Source of the DNA: an uncultured Candidatus Saccharibacteria bacterium
Lineage (GTDB): Bacteria; Patescibacteriota; Minisyncoccia; Sungbacterales; SURF-37
Direction: 5' to 3'
DNA: 36,197 nt
Assembly: GCA_964373495.1 (NCBI GenBank)
Contig: CAYJUW010000001.1
Span: 1 to 36,197, forward strand
The notes under the pieces were generated by a model. The model was not told the origin of the DNA. It searched no databases and worked only from the letters and a program-made list of their open reading frames with translations. Shown one piece after another: positions 22,057-29,362 of the stretch; positions within the stretch are counted from its first letter, which is position 1; each line of letters starts with the position of its first letter. Made by a program: the position numbers and the translations under genes.

Positions 22057-22129
22057 TCCCCCCGCCAGGTCTCGAACCTGGAACCTTCTCCTTAAAAGGG
22101 AGCTGCTCTACCAGTTGAGCTACGGGGGG
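22057..22129 (-). tRNA. tRNA-Lys (anticodon TTT), 73 nt, CCA not encoded, C1:G72 acceptor end
   Basis: Folded by hand: CCCCCCG TA GCTC AACTGGTA GAGC A GCTCC CTTTTAA GGAGA AGGTT CCAGG TTCGAGA CCTGG CGGGGGG A. Confidence 0.85.
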
Positions 22130-22252
22130 ATAAATTCAGTGCGGAGCGAATTGAGCTATGGGGCAGCTCGAAAATAACACAGTTTTTGGGGGAATCCAAG
22201 CCGCCGCCTTTCTCTACGTTGCGTGCGTGATGTACTATAACGAGGTGCGCCT

Positions 22253-23524
22253 ATGTGGCTCGCAGTAGAAAAATTCCTTATCGCGTTCTTCCTGCCAATC
22301 CTCGGGTTTTTCTCGTTTCCGAACCGCGAGGCCGTACCGCCGCCCGCTGGGCTGGCAGCGGCGGTTGAGCAAACCGTTCCGCAGCCGACGATGCGGGGCG
22401 CTGCCACAAATGATGCAAAGGCCGCTCCTTCAGCAAGCTCAGGGCAGGTATATGCCGCAAAGGACTTATCGCTCGCGGCCCTGAAGGATTGCCTGAACCG
22501 CGCCGGTGAGAGCGGAAGCTGCCTCGATGCCATATTCCAAGATTTTTTTAAAATTCACACCACGGCAGACGCGCTCATCGCCCTCGGGCGCTACCAGGAA
22601 GCCGATACCGCTCTAAAACTCTCCTGCCACCCGGTCGTTCATGCCATCGGCCGCGAGACCTTCCGCCTCAAGGGCACGGTGCAGGATTCCTTTGCCGAGT
22701 GCGATCAGACCTGCCATTCCGGCTGCTACCACGGGGCCATGGAGCGGTTCCTGCGGGGCAATGCGGCGAGCGACGATGAAGCCGGGCACATCAGCGTGGA
22801 GGAGCTCCGACAAAAAGCGGCCCAGGCCTGCGATCCCAACCAGCCCACGCGCTTCCGCTTCCAATGCCTGCACGGCCTCGGCCATGCGCTGATGTTTTTC
22901 TCCGACTACCGGCTCGGCGAAGCGTTGGCTTCCTGTGACGTGCTGTCGGATGGTTGGAGCCGGAGTTCATGCTACGGCGGGCTCTTCATGGAAAACGTGT
23001 TTTCCGCCACGCCCGAAAAGCGCGATCTATCCCCTCATGACTACCACTACCCGTGCAACGTGCTCGATGAGAAATACCGGAGCGACTGCTACATGATGCA
23101 GACCACGCGTATGACCGAGATGGGCTTGGGGACGGAGCGTCTGTTTGAGGAGTGCCGTAAGGCCCGCCTGCCGGACGGGCAGGCCGGCGGGTACCAATTC
23201 ATCTGCATGCAGTCCATCGGCCGCGATCTTTCGAATGACGCCCGCATCGGCGATCCCCGGCTCGTGGCCCAAAAGTGCGAACTCGGGAGCGGCGAGGAAC
23301 GGCGGGCCTGCACCCGCGGCGTGGTCTACGCCCTGATTGACAACACCTGGGACGGCCGCTACGCCATGCCTTTTTGCAACACTTTTGGCGCCGCGGAGGA
23401 CGTTTCCTACTGCTACACGGCAAGTGCGGCCTACCTCCGAGCGACGTTTGAGAAGAGCGGGGCCGACATTGCGGCCGACTGCCATGCCTACGCGGCCGGG
23501 GTGTCGGCGTGCCTGCCCCGTTAG
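22253..23524 (+). CDS. Membrane-anchored Cys-rich repeat protein, function unknown
   Basis: N-terminal TM segment (FLIAFFLPILGFFSF). Repeated C-x(2-4)-G/H-containing units (CHSGCYHGAMERF, CLHGLGHALMF, CYGGLFMENVF, CMQSIGRDL, CTRGVVYAL). A GAGGTG SD lies 6 nt upstream. Confidence 0.7.
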   Translation: MWLAVEKFLIAFFLPILGFFSFPNREAVPPPAGLAAAVEQTVPQPTMRGAATNDAKAAPSASSGQVYAAKDLSLAALKDCLNRAGESGSCLDAIFQDFFKIHTTADALIALGRYQEADTALKLSCHPVVHAIGRETFRLKGTVQDSFAECDQTCHSGCYHGAMERFLRGNAASDDEAGHISVEELRQKAAQACDPNQPTRFRFQCLHGLGHALMFFSDYRLGEALASCDVLSDGWSRSSCYGGLFMENVFSATPEKRDLSPHDYHYPCNVLDEKYRSDCYMMQTTRMTEMGLGTERLFEECRKARLPDGQAGGYQFICMQSIGRDLSNDARIGDPRLVAQKCELGSGEERRACTRGVVYALIDNTWDGRYAMPFCNTFGAAEDVSYCYTASAAYLRATFEKSGADIAADCHAYAAGVSACLPR

Positions 23525-23578
23525 AGGCCCGCGCCTTGGGCGCGGCAGTCGCCTCTGGCGACTTGCCTCTAACGGGGC
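23515..23578. repeat. CCCCGTTAGAGGC three-way hairpin element; probable bidirectional terminator
   Basis: Outer stem GCCCCGTTAGAGGC (23515-23528) pairs with GCCTCTAACGGGGC (23565-23578) and encloses the hairpins CCGCGCC-TTG-GGCGCGG and AGTCGCC-TCT-GGCGACT. The TAG stop of the 22253-23524 gene lies inside the left arm. Confidence 0.85.
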
Positions 23579-23599
23579 TGGGCTGCGGCCGGTGGCTAG

Positions 23600-25444
23600 C
23601 TACTGCGGGAGCTCAAATTTAAATACCCGAAACGCGACTTCATTTCGCGGATTTCGGATTTCTTCCGGCACCACGCCCTTGGCGCGGAGTTCGGCTTCCA
23701 AGAGGTCACCGTCCGGCGCGGCTGGCCGGGGGCGATCCTGAAGGGCGTATGCCAAAGGGTTGAAGAAGTAGATTTTCTGAACGCCGGATTGCCGGAGGAA
23801 CTCGGCCGCTCCCCCGCGCCGGAAGTTTTCTGCGCTCACCACCGGCCAGCCCTGGTAGGTGATGCGCCGCAGGAAGACCCAGAGCTGGGCGGCGAGGTTG
23901 ATGTTGTCGTTGTAGACGATGCCGAGCGGTGTTGGCTTGAGTTTCTGGCGTCTGCCTTCGGCAGCCGCTTGATTCAAAAGTTCATGCGCGAACGGAAATT
24001 CAAAGGTGATGGCCGGATCCGGCATCTTGCCCGCCAGCTCCTGGCCGAGGTAGGCGTTCAGCTTGTTGAATCCCCAACTCCCGGTTTGGCGGTGGAGGTA
24101 GGAGTAGGCCCAGGGCTTCTCGCCAACCGGATCGAGGGCTATAACGCTGTTGTAAGCATAAAAGGCCTCAAAGGCGACAAAAGCCGCAAAGGCCGCAAAG
24201 ACAATGGCGGGCGATTTCATTCCTAAATTCCTAGGAATATTGGAATAGATTGTTGCGCTGATGGCGTAGCCGGCGGCAATGGCCAGCCACGGGGTGAGCA
24301 GGGCCAGGAAGCGGTGCGCCGGACCGATGAATACGAGGAACGGCAGGAGCCAGATAAAAACAATGGCTAATGGCGAATGGCTGGTGGCTAAGGTACGGCG
24401 GCGGATTAGCTCCCAGAAGATTGCGACGAGACCGGTAACAGAAAGAATGAGGAAGTAGGGCGAGTTGGCCTCGATGAGCCGCGGCACGTACATCCGTACG
24501 CGATCGGAGAGCGACCCGAGTACTTCCTGCCCCGGCCGCGCCTGCCATTCCGGCACATCCTGTCTAAAGAGGAGCGAAAATTGAAAATCAAAGTGGCCGA
24601 AATGGCGGTAGAGTTGAATATTGTAGATAATCACCGGACTTGCGATGACCAGAAAGGCCATGACCGAAAGTAAAACATGTTTGGCGGGGAAACGCCGCCC
24701 CCATCGTCCAATACTTAAATACTGTACAGTATTTAAGTATTTAATTTGGAGGAGGTAGAGGGTCAGTAATATCGGTGCGAGGATCGCGGCGAGGTACTTC
24801 GCGAGGAAGGCAAAGCCAAGGAGCGCGCCGGAAAGGGGCAGCCACCACGAGGAGTTTCGCTTCGTCGTTGCGAAGCTGGGCGTCGTGTCAAGACCGCGCA
24901 GAAACGCCCAGAACGACGCAAGCATGAAGGCGATGAGGACGGATTCCTGCAGGCCGATCCGGGAGATCCAGACGTGATTGGCGGTGACGGCAAAGAGCAA
25001 AGCGCTTATCGCCCCTACGGTTGGCGAATAACTATGGAAGCCCGACTTCAATAGTTTGCCGCCTATTGAAGTCGGACTTCCATAGATTCCAGAGAGTTGG
25101 GCGCCAATGAGGTAGACGAAAATGACCGCGGCGATGCCGGCAAGCGCCGAGGGCAGGCGCACGGCAAAGGGCGTCTCGCCGAAGAGTTTCATGGAATAGT
25201 GCTGCAGTAAAAACACCAGCGGCGGGTGGTCGTGGAAGGAAAGGCGCATCCACCACGGGGGCTGGGTGTCAATCCACTGCCACGGCGTGGGCTGTTCGAT
25301 CCCGAAATCAAAATCCACGAGGCCGATAGCCCGCGTGGCATAGGAGGACTCGTCGGTTACGATGTCCGGCCGGCCGAGATGCCAGAAATAAAAAACAGCC
25401 GTGAGGCAGAGAAGACCGCCTATCAGCCAATTCTGGGACTTCAT
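23600..25444 (-). CDS. ArnT/PMT-family (GT39/GT83-like) membrane glycosyltransferase with a C-terminal soluble extension
   Basis: N-terminal DESSYATRAIG loop motif, more than 10 TM segments, about 614 aa. The track start at 25447 is a GTG and ATG 25444 is adjacent. Confidence 0.75.
   Translation of the reverse strand: MKSQNWLIGGLLCLTAVFYFWHLGRPDIVTDESSYATRAIGLVDFDFGIEQPTPWQWIDTQPPWWMRLSFHDHPPLVFLLQHYSMKLFGETPFAVRLPSALAGIAAVIFVYLIGAQLSGIYGSPTSIGGKLLKSGFHSYSPTVGAISALLFAVTANHVWISRIGLQESVLIAFMLASFWAFLRGLDTTPSFATTKRNSSWWLPLSGALLGFAFLAKYLAAILAPILLTLYLLQIKYLNTVQYLSIGRWGRRFPAKHVLLSVMAFLVIASPVIIYNIQLYRHFGHFDFQFSLLFRQDVPEWQARPGQEVLGSLSDRVRMYVPRLIEANSPYFLILSVTGLVAIFWELIRRRTLATSHSPLAIVFIWLLPFLVFIGPAHRFLALLTPWLAIAAGYAISATIYSNIPRNLGMKSPAIVFAAFAAFVAFEAFYAYNSVIALDPVGEKPWAYSYLHRQTGSWGFNKLNAYLGQELAGKMPDPAITFEFPFAHELLNQAAAEGRRQKLKPTPLGIVYNDNINLAAQLWVFLRRITYQGWPVVSAENFRRGGAAEFLRQSGVQKIYFFNPLAYALQDRPRPAAPDGDLLEAELRAKGVVPEEIRNPRNEVAFRVFKFELPQ
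24710..24741. repeat. 32-bp perfect palindrome AATACTTAAATACTGTACAGTATTTAAGTATT inside the glycosyltransferase CDS
   Basis: Identical to 10652-10683. Encodes KYLNTVQYLSIG in frame. Confidence 0.95.
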
Positions 25445-25461
25445 CACGCTAGAGCTCGTCG

Positions 25462-25842
25462 CTAGTAGACAGAGAATACCCTCAGATTCTCTTCGAGCGT
25501 GTCTCGGTGTGCCGCAACGCGTATGAGTTCCAGTCCCGTTGTTTTCTGAAGTTTACGGTCAGGTTGTATCCAAATCGAATATGGGAAGTACCTTACCGGT
25601 TCTCGGAGTTTTACGAAGACGGGTGCGCCGAGGAGAGAAAGACCCCGCGCGTCTTTTGCTGGCATGGCACTAACGTTACTACGAACATCAATGGTCGGTT
25701 CGTGTGGCAGAAACCGCTTCACTGGATTTCCCTTGTCGTGGATGACGGGGGTTACCAAAACGGGTGGCGCCGTTATGGGAGAGATAAAACCGACTACTTC
25801 CCATTGGTCCGCTATTTCTGAATGCGTCGGCATCTTTTCCAC
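25462..25842 (-). CDS. Hypothetical protein (about 125 aa), lower GC than its surroundings
   Basis: ORF only. The start is ambiguous (GTG 25842 or ATG 25833). Confidence 0.5.
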   Translation of the reverse strand: MEKMPTHSEIADQWEVVGFISPITAPPVLVTPVIHDKGNPVKRFLPHEPTIDVRSNVSAMPAKDARGLSLLGAPVFVKLREPVRYFPYSIWIQPDRKLQKTTGLELIRVAAHRDTLEENLRVFSVY

Positions 25843-25930
25843 AGGGAACGTTTACACTAGATCCCCTCCTCCCGTAATTTCTCGACTGCCTCGCTGGCTT
25901 TTGGGGAGAGTTGATGCGGGGTGAACGTTC

Positions 25931-26218
25931 TCACCTCCCAAATCCTACCTTCTGCTCCACGCGTCCGACCCTTCGTTCCAAGTTCTTGAGTCGTTCCTCG
26001 TGTTCTATCACTCCGCGGGCGAGCGGCCCGAGGATGGTCTTCACGTCTCGCATATCGCGCTGGAGCTGTTCCAACGAATCAGTTACCGTTCGAAACTTCC
26101 CATCAATATCGTGTCGGAGCGCGGCAAGGTCCGATTTCGTTGCGGTCTCATCAAAGCCGCGCTTCACCATGCGCGCGAGCTTCTCAAAAAGTTCCTCTGG
26201 CGTTTTTCTTTTGGCCAT
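25931..26218 (-). CDS. Hypothetical coiled-coil protein (95 aa)
   Basis: ORF directly downstream of dnaJ with a heptad-like charged sequence. No SD seen. Confidence 0.5.
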   Translation of the reverse strand: MAKRKTPEELFEKLARMVKRGFDETATKSDLAALRHDIDGKFRTVTDSLEQLQRDMRDVKTILGPLARGVIEHEERLKNLERRVGRVEQKVGFGR

Positions 26219-26232
26219 GTGTGTTACCGCGA

Positions 26233-27342
26233 TTATATCCCTTCCTCTCGCAATCTCTCTACTGCCTCGCGCGCCTTGCGCGAGATGTGCCGCGGGGTGA
26301 GCACCTTGATTTCCACCAGCAAATCCCCCCGGCCGTAACCGCGCGGATGCGGCACGCCTTTGCCGCGGACTTTCAAAATGTCGCCGGATTCCGTGCCCTC
26401 GGGGATTTTTAGCTTGATCGCGCCTTCCGGCGTCTTGACCTCCACCGAGTCGCCGAGCGCGGCCTGGGTGAACTTGATGGCCAGCTGCATGACCAGGTCA
26501 TTGCCCTGCCGGCGGAATACCTTATCCGGCCGCACCCGCATTTTGACATAGAGATCGCCGGGTACGCCGGCATGGGGCGAGGCCTCGCCCTTGCCCGAAA
26601 TTTTCATGAGCTCGCCGTCCTCAACGCCTTTGGGGATGAAGATCTCGATGGTTTCCATACGCTTGGTTGCGCCCCGGCCGCCGCATTCCCGGCAGGCCGC
26701 TTCCGGAATCTCGCCCCGGCCCTGGCAGGCCGGGCAGGGCGTAATCTGCGAGAAGGCGCCCAGAAACGTCCGCTGGGTGCGTTCCACCCGGCCTTGCCCC
26801 TGGCAACTGCCGCACTTTTGCATTTTCGTTTCCGGTTCCGCGCCCGTCCCTCCGCAGCGTTCGCAGGTCGAGATCTTGTTGATGCCCGCCGAGTGTCGGC
26901 CGCCAAAGATAATCTCCTCAAAGGGGATTTCAAGCTCAATCTGAATATCGCGGCCTTTCTTGGAGCGGCGGCGGGCGTCCACGCCGCCAAAGCCGAATCC
27001 CGGGAACACGTCTTCGAAAATGTCCGAGAAGTCAAAATCGCCGAAGCCGCGGAAATCTTCGCCAACGCCGAAGCCGCCAAAGCCGGCGCCGGGCTGCCAC
27101 TCAAACCCGCCGGCCGAGGGTCCGCGGCCGGCCTCAAAGACCGCGCCGAATTGATCGTACTGGGCGCGCTTGGACTCGTCGCCCAGCACCTGGTAGGCCT
27201 CGTTTACCTCCTTGAACTTGGCCTCGCTCCCGCCCTGCTTGTCCGGGTGATGCTGGTGGGCCAGGCGGCGGTAGGCCTTCTTCACGTCCTCTTTGGTCGC
27301 ATTCCGCGGTACGCCGAGGATTTTATAGTAATCTCGCGCCAT
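26233..27342 (-). CDS. dnaJ: Molecular chaperone DnaJ
   Basis: J domain DYYKILGV...HPDK, a G/F-rich linker, and four CxxCxGxG zinc-finger repeats. Confidence 0.95.
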   Translation of the reverse strand: MARDYYKILGVPRNATKEDVKKAYRRLAHQHHPDKQGGSEAKFKEVNEAYQVLGDESKRAQYDQFGAVFEAGRGPSAGGFEWQPGAGFGGFGVGEDFRGFGDFDFSDIFEDVFPGFGFGGVDARRRSKKGRDIQIELEIPFEEIIFGGRHSAGINKISTCERCGGTGAEPETKMQKCGSCQGQGRVERTQRTFLGAFSQITPCPACQGRGEIPEAACRECGGRGATKRMETIEIFIPKGVEDGELMKISGKGEASPHAGVPGDLYVKMRVRPDKVFRRQGNDLVMQLAIKFTQAALGDSVEVKTPEGAIKLKIPEGTESGDILKVRGKGVPHPRGYGRGDLLVEIKVLTPRHISRKAREAVERLREEGI

Positions 27343-27344
27343 AT

Positions 27345-28304
27345 TCAGAGCATGATTCTTACGACCTCGATGGTTTCAACTTTCTCCGTGAGCAGTCCGG
27401 CCTTGAGCATTAATTTTACCATGGCAAAAAGCAGAATCAAGCTGATCCAGTACACCGGGAGGGTGAGCATTTTGATGGCGATAAAGAAGCCGGCTGCGGC
27501 CAGGAACGGGAGGTAGGCGCGGTACGGCCCGGCGAGCTTTTCGATTTGGGTATTGGCTACGCGGTAGATGAGGTCCCCGCCGCGCTCCTCACCGGTGAGC
27601 TCGACCCCGAGCTCCTGGGCCAGCGCCCCCCGGTTCTCGCGCAGGAACTGGGCGCGCTCGGCCGCGGAGAGCTTTCGGACATCAATGTCAGGGCCGCCCT
27701 GCCACGCGGCAAAGGCCAGGAGCAGTTCGTCCACGGTGGCATCGCGGCGGAAGCCGGGCAGGAAATTTTGCAGCGGCTGCTCAATCAGGGGTATGGCGGC
27801 ATCGAAAAGGGCTTTGGGTAGGATGCTCTGGGTGGCCGCGCCCGAGACCGCGGTGAAGTAGAAGACGGCCAGGGTCAGGGCCACGGCGGTGAAGAATACC
27901 GGCAGGCCGCCGCGGAAAATTTTCCGCACGGCAAAGGCGTTGGAAATTCGGTACTCGCCGGCAATGGCATCGCTGGCGTACCAGCCGGCCGCGGCGCTGG
28001 CCGCGGCCGCGGATGCGGCCAGCGTGGTTGCCGGAACCAGGAGATAGCCGCCGGCAAGGGCCATCATGGCCGAGACCGTGCGCAAGGCCGGTCGCGTGAT
28101 AAAGGCCGAGGAAAGCGCAAAGAGGATGGCAAACAAAAAGAGCGCGATGACCGGCAGGGAGTAGAAGGTGAGACCGGCAAACCCCGTTAGATGCTCCGCG
28201 TCTAACGGGGCAAGCAGCACGCCTTTCCAGAGGTAGGCGTTGGCAAGGCCGGCCGCGACGGTGAGAACTCCAAGCGTGTATTCTTTCCAGTCTGGCTGTT
28301 GCAC
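27345..28304 (-). CDS. Hypothetical multi-TM membrane protein
   Basis: ORF with a GTG start. Its stop is 2 nt from the dnaJ ATG, which suggests coupling. No family recognised. Confidence 0.6.
   Translation of the reverse strand: MQQPDWKEYTLGVLTVAAGLANAYLWKGVLLAPLDAEHLTGFAGLTFYSLPVIALFLFAILFALSSAFITRPALRTVSAMMALAGGYLLVPATTLAASAAAASAAAGWYASDAIAGEYRISNAFAVRKIFRGGLPVFFTAVALTLAVFYFTAVSGAATQSILPKALFDAAIPLIEQPLQNFLPGFRRDATVDELLLAFAAWQGGPDIDVRKLSAAERAQFLRENRGALAQELGVELTGEERGGDLIYRVANTQIEKLAGPYRAYLPFLAAAGFFIAIKMLTLPVYWISLILLFAMVKLMLKAGLLTEKVETIEVVRIML
28182..28210. repeat. CCCCGTTAGA-N9-TCTAACGGGG hairpin inside the 27345-28304 CDS
   Basis: Arms at 28182-28191 and 28201-28210. Encodes [10 protein letters not shown] in frame. 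Confidence 0.9.
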
Positions 28305-28350
28305 GGATACGTTCTGAGTGTTATCTTACTACGAAAGAGGTAAAGGACGT

Positions 28351-28596
28351 ATGGAGGAGACGAAGATGTTGAGTGAGTTCCTTGTCCTGGTAAAAGTTTT
28401 AGGACTTCTATTCGTCTATCTCTCCGGGCCGGTGGTAATCATTACGGTGGGCGGTTCACTTCTTTTACAGAAACTTTTCCGTTTTCCATTGGCGCAGAGA
28501 ATGCCTCCATTATCGCGTGTTGAGCTCATTGCATTCGGGATTCCCACAGCAGCAAGCTTGGCGGCCTGGGGCTGGCGGCTCTGGCGGCTTCTCTAA
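28351..28596 (+). CDS. Hypothetical small membrane protein (81 aa), low GC
   Basis: AAAGAGGTAAAGGA SD region upstream of ATG 28351. Two or three hydrophobic segments. Followed by an imperfect hairpin and TTTTCTTTTT at about 28628-28665. Confidence 0.5.
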   Translation: MEETKMLSEFLVLVKVLGLLFVYLSGPVVIITVGGSLLLQKLFRFPLAQRMPPLSRVELIAFGIPTAASLAAWGWRLWRLL

Positions 28597-28709
28597 GGCG
28601 AGTGGCCGCTCGCAACACGCTCACCAACGGTGCGAAGATCGCATCCGGTGGGCGTTTTCTTTTTCAAGGTATCTCCTCGACTGCGCTCGGAGAATGAAAA
28701 TCTTCGGTA

Positions 28710-28849
28710 ACCGCACCGTACGCGGTGCGGTATCTGATTTTGAACGAGATCCCTCGTCCCGCTTTCGGCGGGACTCGGGATTATTGTTTGTTCCCGCCAT
28801 TCATCCGCGCCGCCCAGCGGCGCGGTATTCTGGCGGACAAACAATAAAA
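28710..28849. repeat. Three-hairpin structured element, copy C
   Basis: 138/140 identical to 19898-20037. The mismatches are at 28719 and 28734. Confidence 0.9.
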
Positions 28850-28852
28850 CGG

Positions 28853-28941
28853 TAGTCCCTGAGCTTAGTTTACCCTGAGCCCGTCGAAGGGAAGGGCTAC
28901 CATAATAAATTTGGTATGCCTTCGACGAGTTCAGACAATAC
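28853..28941. repeat. Left flank of the GIY-YIG gene: one inverted and one direct hairpin unit
   Basis: TAGTCCCTGAGC...GTCGAAGGGAAGGGCTACCAT (28853-28903) faces GGTATGCCTTCGACGAGTTCAGACAATAC (28913-28941). Confidence 0.8.
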
Positions 28942-28944
28942 GGG

Positions 28945-29238
28945 TCACCATTTCCCCCACTCGCCGCGAATCAGCTTTTCTTTCTTGGCGCGCGTCCAGC
29001 CCTTGATTTGCTTCTCCCGCCGGCGAGCGGTATCGAGATCTTCGTACGCCTCGGAGTACGCTACCTTCTCCGGTTTATGCTTCGCGGTGTATTTAGATCC
29101 TAGACCGGAAAGGTGTTGAGTCCAACGGGTGTCGGGTTGCCATGTGAGGCCTGTGTAATAAGAATCATCTCGGCATTTGAGGATGTAGACGTACCACTTC
29201 CAACCCCGCCTTTTGCATAAGGTATGCCTTCGATACAC
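28945..29238 (-). CDS. GIY-YIG nuclease-domain protein (YhbQ/UPF0213-like, 97 aa)
   Basis: WYVYILKCRDDSYYTGLT...RWTQH...YTAKHKPEKVAYSE...ARRREKQIKGWTRAKKEKLI. The only in-frame start is GTG 29238. Confidence 0.8.
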   Translation of the reverse strand: MYRRHTLCKRRGWKWYVYILKCRDDSYYTGLTWQPDTRWTQHLSGLGSKYTAKHKPEKVAYSEAYEDLDTARRREKQIKGWTRAKKEKLIRGEWGKW

Positions 29239-29361
29239 TCAGGCAGTACTTTTTTTATTGTCGTGTCCTTGCGGTATGCCTTCGACCTGTGGTGAGCCAG
29301 TCGAACCCACAAGCTCAGGCAATATCTTTTTAGTCCCTGAGCGAAGTCGAAGGGCTGCCAT
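29221..29361. repeat. Right flank of the GIY-YIG gene: two direct units and one inverted unit
   Basis: GGTATGCCTTCGATACACTCAGGCAGTAC (29221-29249), GGTATGCCTTCGAC..CTCAGGCAATATC (29273-29326), and TAGTCCCTGAGCGAAGTCGAAGGGCTGCCAT (29331-29361). The block ends 1 nt from the dnaK stop. Confidence 0.8.
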
Positions 29362-29362
29362 G

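Noticed and set aside
1854-28210. Whether the dispersed palindromes constitute a CRISPR array.
   Set aside because: The copies are kilobases apart, are themselves perfect palindromes, have no regular repeat-spacer periodicity, and no cas genes are present. The PaaX-like protein only shares the Cas2 fold.
29287-29326. A tRNA-like fragment (RC reads GTGGGTTCGACTGGCTCACCAC, reminiscent of a T-arm plus a CCA end).
   Set aside because: No T-stem complement follows the TTCGACT loop and no acceptor or D/anticodon arms can be drawn. It fits better as the loop of one repeat unit.
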